From Pavona decussata (taxonomy: Eukaryota): DNA of 64,000 bases. The position numbers and the translations under genes are program-made. Below, in pieces: positions 24,960 to 37,190 of the stretch (within the stretch, counting starts at the first letter, position 1; every line of letters begins with the position of its first letter). Location of the stretch: assembly GCA_977016875.1 (NCBI GenBank), contig CDRNST010000114.1, forward strand, positions 310,001 to 374,000, given 5' to 3'. Below the pieces are notes generated by a model that saw only the letters and a program-made list of their open reading frames with translations, did no database searches and was not told the origin of the DNA.

Positions 24960-26542
24960 GCATACATGTATGTGTAGTTTATCATAGAAACCCATATCCG
25001 GCGAGCAGTTTGATTCTTTACATAATCAGGAGAGGAATGAACTTGTTTAATCGAGTAGGGGCTTATATTTTCGACATCATTCAAAAGCTGGACCTTAAAC
25101 TTTCAAATCGGCTGCCTGAAAAATTGGGAATTATTTTCTTTTCCCGTTTTGTGTTTAAAAGCTTACGCAAGTAGCCATTTTCAGGGTTTTTACAGTACTT
25201 TTGTGTGTGTGAGTCTGTATTCAAGAACCACTGAGAAACAAATATGTGTAAAGGAAACTCAACCGGATTTAGAAATGATGTAATTGAGATGCGGGGGTTT
25301 CCCCAATCTTGCCAAAGAGAGTTCTAATTGAATTAACAAATTTGTTGAGGAGTCTCATGCTTTCACAGCATACTCTGTTGGGGTTCTTTTTATGTCAGTT
25401 GATACGGATTTCTTTGTCCCTTTTGATAATCTTACATAAATGACTCAGCTATCAATTACTTAAATATGCCTGATATCGATTATAAACGTCTACTTCTTTC
25501 GTGTTTTGGGGTTGTATATCGTAGCACTGATGTCAATCTCATCAGAGCCTAACAACGTCGAGTATCATCTGAAGGTTTTCGAAGAAATTTCGAGTCAGTG
25601 TTTCCAGTCTCCTTCGAGAATTTACGAACAATACATTACAATACAATACAATACAATACAATACAATGGACAGTTATTTTAAGAGGGTAGCATATGACAG
25701 TAAGGAAACTGATAACCTAGTGGCCCTCTTTAAACTAAAAGTTTATATTTAAGACTTTAAACAACTAAACGATTACTTACAATTAGAAATGTTATAAAAC
25801 ACTAGAACACTGCTTATCATGACGACTTCTAGAAACACTGACTTGTGAGAGACTTTATTTTCTCCAGGCACTGACTACACAGACAAGTTATGTTAGTTAC
25901 ACTAAGCTACTCGGGCAAAGTTTCGACATCTCAATAGCGTTTTCTAGTTATCAGCTGACTGTTCAAAGTTCGGCCAATTCTCAGTCATGGGTCAACCTCT
26001 TGCACGCTTTTGATGATGTTCAATTATTCAATTTGATGATGTTCAATTAACAAAGATTATATCATCATCTTGTCACACTTTATCAGTTTAAACTCATTTC
26101 TTATATTTCCTTGACAACTTCAGTAACTTTGAAACTATAAAAACGGGTATTAAAATATGTTTAAATTTTACGCACTTCAACTTAGGTGTTCGGTCAGTTT
26201 AAACAGAAAATGCTTTTAGACGCCTTCATCTTTTTCGTGGGTGGCCCCCGATCTAAAATATATAACATGACAGTATATAGTGAAAAGCCAAGTCTCGACT
26301 TACACCCAACATCCGATGTTCCAGTTTGACTGATGTCCGATCGAAAGTTCAACGCGATACAGAATCGCTTACTTTCTGTGTGATGCCCTAGAGTCCTAGA
26401 AACAAACAAAAAAAAAAGGAAATTTGTCTTTGCCAAATGAATAAAACTTTATCACCCCCAACATTTTTTCACCGAGATACATCACTTAGTAGGAAAAGAG
26501 AACTTGAAGTGTGGCGTTTATAATAAATACGAACACACTCAA

Positions 26543-26574
<32 letters not shown>

Positions 26575-27277
26575 AAACGTTACTTAAATAGAAAAACTCC
26601 CTCGCACTTATTTACGCAATCTTTGCAATCTATTAAATCAATCGTCACAATCCAGAGACTATTCCTTGTCCCGACTCGCAACCAACCTGCGCGTGCGAAG
26701 TTCCAGTCGCTAAAGTTTGATCGAAAGTTCGAAGTCTGACCGCCGTACACCATCTGAGTCATTACAACTGAGACACCGACTTTGCGTGCGGTTTAATTAT
26801 TATGCCTAGACCTAATGGAAAAGAAGGAAAAAAAAGTTGCCTTTGAAAATTTATCAGTGAGTCTTTTCGCCGAATACGTACCCAGTTGCCGAACAAAGAC
26901 AAAACTTGGAGTCCAGTTTTGCGCTGAAACACGAACACACACTTCAGCGTGTTAATCTAGCATGAGGTAGGTAACAGTAAACCAAATATTTGACAATTCC
27001 AAATAAATTCAAATATTTGACCATTGCAAATAAAAAAAAATAAAAATTGAGAACTGTAGCAAACACTGTTAACTAACAACAATTAACTTTATTTATAAGG
27101 AATGACTTTAGATTTGCGGGTGTAGGTTTTCCTGCTATTCATTGGTGCTAAACAATGTACTGTAATTTAAGACATCGTTGCGATGACTTGCTGCAATTGT
27201 TTTCACTCGCTCCGGTTGTAGAAAAGAAAAGTTTTTCGGAAAACGTTTCGTTTTTAACCTTTCTCGGCTTACGAAAT

Positions 27278-27356
<79 letters not shown>

Positions 27357-27560
27357 CCGGGTAGGTCTGTCACTCAATACTGAGCATTTTAGACCGCAAT
27401 AACGAATGCCAAGGAAAACTTCTAAGATTCATTCATCCTAATCTTGTCAATCTTGTTAGCTAGCAGTCACGTACACTTGAGCCCTTCGATGTTCCAGTCT
27501 AAAGTCCGATCGGACGTTCAACGCTACCCTCAGTGGTTACGCCGCAGCGCCTTCACTGAC
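24960..27560 (-). repeat. Inverted, diverged copies of the SINE-headed ~1.2-kb unit upstream of paralog B
   Basis: Reverse complement of 25040-25080 matches 12965-13005; 25280-25390 matches 11490-11600; 26265-26350 matches 9725-9805. Confidence 0.75.
27277..27356. repeat. (TTTA)n microsatellite
   Basis: Direct reading. Confidence 0.95.
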
Positions 27561-28049
27561 TGTAATTTCGGCGTGACGTGCACGTGGCCACCGCGGTTAA
27601 AGATCAAAGCTTAAAATACTCAAAAAATTTTGGTTTAGCCGAAAAGACCTTTCCATGCAAAAGTTTTCTAAAAATAAAAGCTTCGAAACAGATTTTAAAC
27701 TCGCAAAGAAGAAAAGAAGGATTTTACAGATCGCCATTCATGGTGATTCAGTATGACAGATCGACAGCTGGATCGAGAAGAAATTGTTTTCCTACAGACA
27801 TAAATTGGTCACGGAGTTATTCCGGCGAGGTTTAGCAGATTAACGGTTTCAAAGTCCCAAATACAAGTAATGCTATATTCGAAAGGTAAAAGGTTACTGA
27901 AAAAACCAATTGACTCAAGCAAACAAGCACTACTATTTTTTCGGCCTTTGTCTAGCATGCTAGTACCCATCGCTAAAATTAGGTTTTGGCTACGCGCACC
28001 GAACTGTGTCAGCATTCTAACGACGCCCTTGAAACGCTTAACCCTTTAA

Positions 28050-28316
28050 TAAAATAAAATAAAATAAAATAAATGGGAATTTCAGTGGATTCTATCGACA
28101 TTTTCCAGGTCGAATTAGAATTTGAAAATGTTTGTTTTTGTGGAGGGAGAAAACCGATCAAAACCGGAGTACCCGGAGAAAACCCATCGGAGCGTGGACG
28201 AGAACTAACAACAGACTCAACTCACATATGACGCGAGACCGCCGGGCAATCGAACCCTGGCCCGGCGGAATTGGTGGGAGGCGAGTGCACTCACCACTCC
28301 GCCATCCCTGCTCCCC
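28050..28316 (-). mobile_element. tRNA-derived SINE
   Basis: Minus strand GGGAGCAGGGATGGCGGAGTGGTGAGTGCACTCGCCTCCCACCAAT...GGGTTCGATTGCC (A and B boxes), central GGTTTTCTCCGGGTACTCCGGTTT block, and (TTTTA)n tail. Confidence 0.8.
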
Positions 28317-28954
28317 TTCCTCTTAATTTTACACGCATCACCGAATTTTTACAGTGTAACACGGCCTTTCCAATAAAGGACTTTAAGCTCGCTTGTGTTG
28401 ATTTTCTCTTATATAAAAATGGTATTTTTTGGTATTGATGAAGTCTGCTGGGTTTCTCGGCTAAAAAATTGACCGGAGACTGGCAGTGATCACCAGCAAT
28501 GGTAATTTTCGCCGCCAATTCATTTTGTCTTTATATTTGTGTATGCAAATTTGGTACATAATAAAAGTAATTTTAAAAATAAATCGTCGGGTGTTAAAAA
28601 ATCTGTTAATTCAAGGTCTAAGATCATGATTCTTGCCGTTATATTTGACTGACCAATGTTTCCCAGCAAAAATCCATTTGTATCCGCAGCTTCTTGTTGC
28701 CCAATTTATGTATGCCGGTAAGATCGGGTCAAGGTTTGCTATAAAGAACCATAAAACCTAGGCAACTTAAGTGTCTGCAGTGCATGTCGCTTGAATCAAA
28801 CGATCACTCTGGGCAAAGTCCTTTATACACCAAAGGGATATCACGTGAACAACACATGTCAAGGGCGTTAAAAGTCAATAAGCAGCTGGATTATTTTGAT
28901 GAACCTTTGTCTTCTAGTCGCATTTGTTTGGACAGACTTTTCAAAATTAAACAA

Positions 28955-29000
28955 TAGTTGTCACATGTGTTATTGACCGCCAATATAACATTATAAATTC
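28955..29000 (+). promoter_or_regulatory. Core promoter of paralog B: CACATGTG (28962-28969) and TATAAAT (28992-28998)
   Basis: Conserved with 9491-9545 in sequence and spacing; Inr-like TCAGT at ~29025; further E-boxes CACGTG and CACATG at 28842-28860. Confidence 0.65.
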
Positions 29001-29024
29001 ACTCTCCCTCACTCACCGTCTGTT

Positions 29025-29349
29025 TCAGTGAGAGCAAAGGTTTGAAAGACCAGGTCACTTTTCTTAGAGGACCTGAAAACATTCTCGCCGATTGAAACCG
29101 GGTAACTTTCTTGTAAACTGGATTCTTTTGCTACTTCGCTTCTTTCAATTCACCACGCAAAGGATAAATTGAAATCACAGTAATTAATAATCGGAAAGAA
29201 TTACAGCAGGACCATTTGCGTGCAATATTTTCCATTGACTTTGATACTGCGGTTCGCTGAGGCCGTGTCATGGAAAAAACATCGAGAGCAAAAAACGACA
29301 AAGGAACTGCAATTAATCAAGAAACACTCGGCGAAGAGCTAGAGACACG
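29025..29349 (+). other. Exon 1 (5' leader) of paralog B
   Basis: Donor CACG|GTAAGT at 29349/29350; homology to exon 1 of A; matching acceptor ttattaacAG at 32633. Confidence 0.7.
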
Positions 29350-30499
29350 GTAAGTGACTTGTCAGATGTCGCTGATGCTATTGTTAGATTTACTACGGTT
29401 GTAACGAAAGCCGGCTGAAATAATACATAACACGAGTAGCCGATATGACACGTGCTCTATACGCATAGGCCAGGATCCGTCGCTCCATGATCGTCGTGGC
29501 TCGTGTGTTCCGGTTCGCACGGTGTGCGAAAGTCAATTCTTTCATTTTCGTTTGTTTTTCCATTTGTTTATTAAGATGAAACGTCAAAAATGTACTATGT
29601 ACTATGCACTTGCTAGACGTCGCCGAAATCTTCCGCATTAAACCTTGCCGACTGATCCTATGAATGTTGACAGACCGCTTCGATGCAAGTTGACACAAAG
29701 CTTTTACTATGTAATTCCATTCGTGTCAACCAGGTCTTCTCGTGATAGACATATGCTCGGTCACTCCTTAAATTTGTCAATTCCTGTCGATTCTCATCGA
29801 TATGCCGAATCGCTATTATTATGCAATATATTTAGGCCAACAAGCAAAGGCCATTGGCTTCGAAAACGTAAGCCAAGTTTTAAATATAGATATAGGTAAA
29901 GCTAAAGGTATTGGCAAAGGCCATTCGCTTCGAAAACAAGCCAGGTTTCTTTACCATTTTTCATCTACGCATAATACATCTGTTTTTTATGTATTATGTG
30001 GAATGATTGTAGATCAAAAAACTGGCTTGTATAAATTATCGTGTTTTTTTATTTATTTATTTGTTTTTTTTTTTTTGGTTTGTTTGTTTGTTTTAAAAGA
30101 AAACGAAAGAAAAAATAATCTAGCCAGGTTATGAGTATGAATATAGGTTACCTCTCAAAATAAAGTGTCTTAAGTGCTGTGTATGCGATCGTTGGGCTTA
30201 TTAAACTGTGCGTGAATCCAGTTAGCTTGAAGTACGTACCGCTTCACGCGAATCACTTGTGACTCATAAATTGGCTCAATTCTTTGGCAGTTACATAACA
30301 GCTGAGGTCACTCTGTATTATAGGTGTCAGTATAATTTTACTGTGCATAGATTTACAGTAGCTGTAATATTTCGGGCGATCCATATTTGTGGCTTAGATA
30401 AATCTCGTATTGAAGAACCAGAATTACAGTTGCAAGCACTAAGAACAAAGAACAAAGATAGCATAGCAGATTTAATGTGGGCCAATATTTCGACTCTCG

Positions 30500-30718
30500 A
30501 ATATTTCGTCTCTTCACTGCTGTGTTGTTTCCTGGGCAAGATACTTCGATCCATATTGTGTCTCTTCACCCAGGTGTATAAATGGGTACCGGCGGCATAC
30601 TCTCGGTATAACCCTGTCAGGGTGGACTAGCATCTCAACAGGTGGGGAGTAGCAATTCTCCTAGCTGCTTCATCAGTGTTACAGAAACCGGTCCGAGCTC
30701 CAGCCGTGTGGGCCAGTT
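30500..30718 (+). mobile_element. 5'-truncated SINE with Nin/Deu-type central domain
   Basis: CACCCAGGTGTATAAATGGGTACCGGC...AACCCTG...GGACTAGCATC...GGGGAGTAGCAAT.CTCCTAG is the typical anthozoan SINE body. Confidence 0.75.
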
Positions 30719-31006
30719 GTTTCATTTGGCGTCAGTTCAACAATCCCATTCATATTTTCGATCCACACAGTTTTCTTCTTCTGAAAACTAAAACAACTGC
30801 GGAGTAGAGAAAACGAGAGACTAGCGTTCATCACTACTATCCCCAGCCTCTCGTCTTGCGCGGTATTGTACCCAACCGAAAGTGAAATTTAACACTTTTA
30901 TAAGCCTCAAACGCGAAGAAGAAAAATTGATAAGGATTTTTTGTTTACGATTTTTATATGAGAACAACATGAACATTTGATAAAGCAAATAATAAATTCT
31001 GTCATA

Positions 31007-31270
31007 TACTTAAGGATTGGTTCAAGAAGCTAGAGTTGCTCTCGGCTACGCCTCGAGCAATACGCCTCGAGCAACTCTTACGGTTCTCTCGTGCTCTCCA
31101 AACTTCTTGCGTGCATCCATAACTCGATATACGCATGCTAAGCATGCTAAGCTAGAGTTACTCTCGGTTACGCCTCGAGCAACTCTTACGCTTCTCTCGT
31201 GCTCTCCAAACTTCCCGCGTGCATCCATAACTCGATATACGCATGCTAAGCATGAACCAATTCTTAAATA
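31007..31270. mobile_element. Short TIR element with an internal ~120-bp tandem duplication
   Basis: TA.TTAAG.ATTGGTTCA / TGAACCAATTCTTAAATA termini; the AAGCTAGAGTT.CTCTCGG...CATGCTAAGCATG block occurs twice. Confidence 0.75.
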
Positions 31271-32758
31271 GTTGTAGACTTGAAAACTGATAAGCTTTAG
31301 TTATCTCCCTTTCTCACTTCATCGCTGGATTGAAACGTCACAAGGACTATTTCTGTACAAATGAACTCAAACTTTTAGAAATCGAAAGGAAAGGTACTTT
31401 CAGTTTAGTGTTTTAGGAAATTGATAATCTTTACAAGTGAATTACTCGTCGAAATGAATATTTATTCAGCCGTACTCGTAAAGTTTTAGAATATTAGATC
31501 GAGTACAACTCGTTAGCGTAGAACGCAAGTTCCGATCGTTATTGAGTTATGAACGAAAGCTGTTTAAAAACAAGTTCTTAGATTTTCCCCGTGCTAATCG
31601 ACTTTCGGTAAACATGGTTTCCATTAAGGAAGCAGTAATATTTGCACAATTCCAGCGCAATATCCTATAACCAACTCGTAGTGTTATCAGCTGTCCTATT
31701 TCCAGTTTCAAGATCCTTTCTAAGGCTAGATTTTTAATAGCGACTAATTCCTTTATTTCCTCTGCTATAAAACTAATTATAGTTCAAAGGCTTACCGAGC
31801 TTAATTAATATTCTCTGAGCATAAAAAGGTTTGTGCGTTGTACAACTTTGAATTACCGAACGAGGTGAGAGTGACGGGAGGTGATCTGTTCGTGAAAAAC
31901 CGAAATTTAAACAAGTTGAAGAGTTCCAGTTTTGTTGAAAATATATTTCTGCGTAGTCCCCATGGACGAGTTTCAACGACCCTGTACTTTAGCATCCGTA
32001 CTACCAAGTGCCAAGTAGCAAGCCGTTTAGTGCTCTCCGAAGCTCTTCCCCGCTGTTTCTCCATTCAACAACGCCTAAGTTGTATTATTTACCTTCGCGT
32101 ATCGCCCGCGCATTTCGAAGACTAAGAACTGTTTGGATAGCCCCAAAAGCGTCTTGTTACAGAAACATAAATATCGTATAGAAAACATGGATTACAGAAT
32201 AGAAAATACTGCCAACTTAGAAGGTTAGCATCAGCTAACAAGAAGACGTAACTTAAGAGCAAAACTACAGCTACATTCCAATAAACCAAACCATCTAAGG
32301 CATGTAACTCTATAACAGTGAATTTCTGAGCTAACCTAGTGTCCTAGCGTCCAAGCTGTGGAGCAAGTTAACCGCCAAGGAGAGACCTTGTGTGAACTTT
32401 AAAAGTTTTAAGTCATGTATTAGAAAGCGTGATTTGAGCAATTGTAATGGGTACATCCTTTGCAGTGGCTAGTCAAATGGCTATCTAGCAATCTATCTAT
32501 TTTTCCACCCCTAAGCATTTGTAAGCAAACAAACAAACAAACAAACACAACGAGAAGTTAAAGGTGTGAGACTGAATTTCAAGTTAAATTCTACTGAATT
32601 ATCCTAACTTTGTTTGATTATTTTTATTAACAGCGTAGATGGCTCCCTTAAGTGATCAGTCCGCTTGGTCCTCGTTGGAACAGCCTTTTGTCGTTTGTGT
32701 GATGTCTTCCCCTCTGAGTTCCACGCTTTCTCTTCTTTAAGAGATCGATGCCTTCAAA

Positions 32759-35700
32759 ATGGATACACCACAAAATGAATTAAAGGCATCTCCTTTGTTT
32801 CTAAAGAACGTTGTTAAGTACGAAGGAGACATGCCCACGTTACCCACGATTCCTATCAAACGTACCTCTTCCTGGTTGTCAAACGGCGAGGGAACCACGT
32901 CCAATTCAAAACGTATCAAACAAGGGCGCAACGACCCTTCCTGTTGTAGGAATGACGAACACCTTTTTATCCAAAGTGAAACCAGCCTGCAGAACATTGT
33001 TAGTGAAGTCGTTGAGTCGTTAAAAAACAATCGTTGTGAAGGGATTCTCTCATTGCAGGGGAAATCAAGCTTTGAAAGTGCGGCGATAACTGAATCGGTT
33101 CAAGATGATATAATAATGGTGCTAGATGATATAGAAACGGGTGTTAATGAAGTGGCACCTAGGAATGGAAACACTCAAGATCAACCTTTGCCTTCTCCTT
33201 CGCATAGTCGCAGAGGGGAAGTATCAGTTCTTTCAGGGCCGGCTCAAATTCACATTGAACCAAAGGAGCCAATGCTCAGAAAAATACAGAGTCTAGACAC
33301 AGGAACAACAAATGGTTTTGCATTTGATCACACCTTCTATCCTAAAGTTGTTGGTGTGCAATCGATTTCATCACGATGTTCAACATTAACTTCAGCACGA
33401 AATAAATCTCATTCCTCACAAACGAGTACATCACCAGCGCCACTGGAAGAACTTGATCAGGGCAAGCAAATTTACCACCCCGTAACTATACACAAAGTTG
33501 ACACGAATACCAATGCAGCATCATACACAAATCCAGTCTTGGTTAATTCTACGACTTCTTCACAAACGCAAAAACAATACGACCTATTATTTACTTTCAA
33601 ACAAAAAGATGGTCAAAACGACATGTTTCTCGTGGTGAACGATAAGGTTTTTTCTGTGCGGCGTTATGATCACAAAGGCGAATCGTTCTTGATTCACACC
33701 GATAGTAATGGAAAATCATCGATTTTAGCCAAACTTCCACAAAAGGCGAACATGACGTCAAAAAGTAACGACACAGGAACTGCTTGCAGTCGGCTGTTTT
33801 CGGACATGGAGAGCGAAACCACAAATGCTTTATCGAGCCTTTCACAACAGCCAGAACATCGCTTTCATCAAAGGATGGCCTTGCACTCCTCTACAAAGGC
33901 TCCCGTGACTATTAACCCAATGCAGAGACGTTTTGTACAGACGCTTAAAGCGGGAACAAGAAAGGCTAGAGAGACTTTGTCTTCAAATTCCAATCCGCGT
34001 CAAGTTCCAGGTAAAATTCCCGGATTACTGCAATGTAACGGAAAAAGGAGATTGCTGAATGATAATAAGATCTACTCTAAACATGAAGCCGTAAACAGTG
34101 GCATTCGGATGCCAAGTGATGCCTTTATCATAGCGAGACAACAACTTTCGGATGCCCTAATCTTTGGGAGACAGCAACTCTCAAACCAGTTGAATAACAC
34201 CAGAACGGAAAAACTCGCGGAACATGTGGAATTGCAAAGATCGGCTGTTTTAAAACAAAAGGTACGTGTTGGTGAGCAGTATCTTGATCCTCAAACACAA
34301 ACGATTAGAAACCCGAGGCACCACCTGATTGCTAACGACACACTTCAAACTTCAGCGGTTACCGCTCTGCACATGAACACACTCCCTGCTCGCAAAACGG
34401 CAAACGGTTCGAGCAGCCAGCAGCCCGTTTTGTATCAAAATGTTATGGCTGCATATCAAAGGAATGATGAAATGGATACTCGCAATGAACAGTCGCATTA
34501 CAACACCACAGTAGAAAAAAGTAACGGCCACGATGAACGAAATGGTGGTTACCCAACACATGAGGATGAAAGAAGAATTCAGTATAGACATATGGTATTG
34601 AATTATATCGCAAACCAATTAGCTTCAAGCGAGGAACCCTCCCCACCTGCAGCAAATAATGTTTCGGCCAACAGAAGATCTGATGACTCAAATACCAGGC
34701 AGAATTTCAATGGGGCGATTCCTAAGGAGTCAGTTAGAACGGTACCGCAAACTAGTACACATGTTCATATGGTGCCACATCCACAATGCCAGAATACGAA
34801 CGACAGCCATGGGTGGAGAAACAGTGATTCACGGTCAGAAAGAAATCTAGAGACCCGTAATTCTGGTCAGCGACATTCCGTAAATGAAATGGCGGGGCAA
34901 AACATTGGTTCGCTAGACTCGCAACCTCGCTACAACGCGCCGCTGCACAACAATAACCTAGAGGAAACTGAATTGCTAGAAGATGATGATGAAAATGACG
35001 GAGTTGATGCCACAAAGCAAATACTGCAAGTCATTGATTCATGGCAGCGAAGGTTTTGTTCAAACAGCGATTCTCCACAAATAAAAGAACTTTTGGTCGG
35101 TACTACTGCCTCAGGCGTTGCCCTCCAAACCGCTGTGACAGCGACCTCGTCAAGGAAAGCGGCTACCGAAAGCTCTCGGGCTGTGAAAAACTCTAACATC
35201 GTAAGTACAGCACCTTTTATTTCCCAAGTGTTGTCTGGTGTTATCAACCGATCAACTGGTGGAGAAAATGTCGTACCAAAGCGAACCGCGACTGCACTCG
35301 TGATCGACCCGAAGTGTTCCATTTATGTTGATGCGACTGACTCAGTCATAGACGAAGATCGCAGGCAAGGTCTTCCTGGTCAGAGGATTTCAAAGAAAGG
35401 GATCACGAATCCAGGCCTGCATTCCAATCAGTCAGAAAATGTCACTATCTCATTTCCAGTATCCTCAGCTCCTGATGGCATTTTTTGGTCGCAGGAATAT
35501 GGGCCGAAAAGACGTATGAACCTAACTGCTGTTCAAAGGCCTTTATCACGTGATTTGTTCGCAGCAAGACCCTCCAGCGATGTACCCAATATTGTGAGGC
35601 AATCCGACCAAAGAGGAACTTTGTCAGTTAGTGATTCTCAGCGGTCGCACATTAACAAGAGCCCGACAAGGCAAACGCCCATGTTTGATAAAGGATGTGT

Positions 35701-36754
35701 TGCTAACAACACCTTGAAAGACGTCAGTAGAGTGAGCAATCCGTCCCGAAAAGGATGTGTAGCGCCTACTAGTCTTCAGCGGAGCTGCATCAACGGAGCG
35801 CCAACAAACAACACCACAACAGACGAAGTTGTAGAAATAATAATAGACTCAGCTGATGAACCGGCTCTTCAACCCAACTCGATGGTCTACTCTGAAAAAC
35901 CCGAGAAAGACTTGGTCATTTCCAGCCAGCAGTGTGGCAATGACGCTGTATTATCCCAAACAGGCACGCCGCAGACTGCTAAGCCATGTGATGATGACGA
36001 TGATGTTGTTGAAATAATAATGCCAATACTTCAACGAGATTCTCCATCCAACATGCTTGTCAACAATGTCACGCTTATTGGCGGCCAGGACAGTTTTGTA
36101 AATGAAATGTCAGCAAAGAAGACCATCAACACCGAAACAGGAAAAGATATTGAAACGGTTCATTTATCTCCAGAACACAATTTTCAGCGCAAAACGATAG
36201 TTTCTGTTGAAGAGAAACAAGAAGATAAGCTCCTACTCAACCCACAGAGCAGCACTGATCCCAAGCGGCCAGAAAGTGCTATAAAAGCTGCAACAGATGA
36301 TGGAATTGGGGTATTGACTCCAACTCATACCTTACAACAAGATTCCCGATCCAATACGGTTCTTACCCTGGCGAAAGAAACGGGTCGCTGTGATGAGCGG
36401 GGTGGCAACTGTGTCGTTCCATCAACGGGCACCACAAATGTACAAACAAGTGGTGAGAATGATTTGACAATAATAAAAACATCCACTGAAAGATACGCTG
36501 GACCAGACAAAACCAAATATGATGGAAGAGGAAAAGTTCTCTTGGAAATGGCTGAGCAATACGAAAGAGAAGCTGTGTTGAAAACTGTACAACAGAGAGA
36601 GGAACTGGTGAAGAAAATTAGAACCACTCGAGAGAGAATAGCACAAGAAAAGATTGACTGGAAAAAGAAATATCTCTACAGATTAGAGATTCAGCTAAAG
36701 AAAAAGCTGGCTAAAATTGCAGGTGGAACTGAGCTTATAGAGGTTGATCAGTGA
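32759..36754 (+). CDS. Paralog B: 1331-aa largely disordered orphan protein with NLS-like, SIM-like and C-terminal basic helical motifs
   Basis: 4-kb uninterrupted ORF; ATG in strong context ttcaaaATGG; protein-level similarity to paralog A; ATTAAA at 36781. The exact start is uncertain: the homologous ATG at 32639 is in frame but followed by TAA at 32738. Confidence 0.9.
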   Translation: MDTPQNELKASPLFLKNVVKYEGDMPTLPTIPIKRTSSWLSNGEGTTSNSKRIKQGRNDPSCCRNDEHLFIQSETSLQNIVSEVVESLKNNRCEGILSLQGKSSFESAAITESVQDDIIMVLDDIETGVNEVAPRNGNTQDQPLPSPSHSRRGEVSVLSGPAQIHIEPKEPMLRKIQSLDTGTTNGFAFDHTFYPKVVGVQSISSRCSTLTSARNKSHSSQTSTSPAPLEELDQGKQIYHPVTIHKVDTNTNAASYTNPVLVNSTTSSQTQKQYDLLFTFKQKDGQNDMFLVVNDKVFSVRRYDHKGESFLIHTDSNGKSSILAKLPQKANMTSKSNDTGTACSRLFSDMESETTNALSSLSQQPEHRFHQRMALHSSTKAPVTINPMQRRFVQTLKAGTRKARETLSSNSNPRQVPGKIPGLLQCNGKRRLLNDNKIYSKHEAVNSGIRMPSDAFIIARQQLSDALIFGRQQLSNQLNNTRTEKLAEHVELQRSAVLKQKVRVGEQYLDPQTQTIRNPRHHLIANDTLQTSAVTALHMNTLPARKTANGSSSQQPVLYQNVMAAYQRNDEMDTRNEQSHYNTTVEKSNGHDERNGGYPTHEDERRIQYRHMVLNYIANQLASSEEPSPPAANNVSANRRSDDSNTRQNFNGAIPKESVRTVPQTSTHVHMVPHPQCQNTNDSHGWRNSDSRSERNLETRNSGQRHSVNEMAGQNIGSLDSQPRYNAPLHNNNLEETELLEDDDENDGVDATKQILQVIDSWQRRFCSNSDSPQIKELLVGTTASGVALQTAVTATSSRKAATESSRAVKNSNIVSTAPFISQVLSGVINRSTGGENVVPKRTATALVIDPKCSIYVDATDSVIDEDRRQGLPGQRISKKGITNPGLHSNQSENVTISFPVSSAPDGIFWSQEYGPKRRMNLTAVQRPLSRDLFAARPSSDVPNIVRQSDQRGTLSVSDSQRSHINKSPTRQTPMFDKGCVANNTLKDVSRVSNPSRKGCVAPTSLQRSCINGAPTNNTTTDEVVEIIIDSADEPALQPNSMVYSEKPEKDLVISSQQCGNDAVLSQTGTPQTAKPCDDDDDVVEIIMPILQRDSPSNMLVNNVTLIGGQDSFVNEMSAKKTINTETGKDIETVHLSPEHNFQRKTIVSVEEKQEDKLLLNPQSSTDPKRPESAIKAATDDGIGVLTPTHTLQQDSRSNTVLTLAKETGRCDERGGNCVVPSTGTTNVQTSGENDLTIIKTSTERYAGPDKTKYDGRGKVLLEMAEQYEREAVLKTVQQREELVKKIRTTRERIAQEKIDWKKKYLYRLEIQLKKKLAKIAGGTELIEVDQ

Positions 36755-36884
36755 TCAAAACAACGGAAATAACATTTAACATTAAAATATTTAAATTTTA
36801 TTTCCAAAATTCCATATTCCAGTACTTGTATGGCTTTTGAACGGACGTCCCTTTGGATATTATTACGTCGCCAGATTTCAATTT

Positions 36885-37190
36885 TCAACAACAACAACAA
36901 CAACATTTTATTCAGTGAAAATTAGAAATATAACTAATTATATTAGAAGTGCAAAGTTTATCTATATATAGATGGACTAAATAACAGTGAAGACACTACT
37001 ATGGCAGTGAATAGGATAAACTAACATAAAGCAAAGCAAATACATTAAAATTACGAAGAGAAGCTAACCTAAAGTCTTAGTAAGACTGGAGACTTCGACA
37101 TAATCATCTTCTGGCGGCACTGAAAAAATTTAGAAAGAAATTTTTGTTTGTTTGTTTGTTTCAATTTCGAACCAAATTGTCCTGTCTTAA
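36885..37190 (-). mobile_element. Probable LINE 3' end
   Basis: (TTG)n tail with AATAAA on the minus strand, and a remnant reading ...FGSKL...EDDYVEVSSL... Confidence 0.45.

Noticed and set aside
9725-27560. Long fold-back dsRNA between the inverted unit arrays
   Set aside because: The copies are too diverged and gappy and are many kb apart; no evidence of a spanning transcript.
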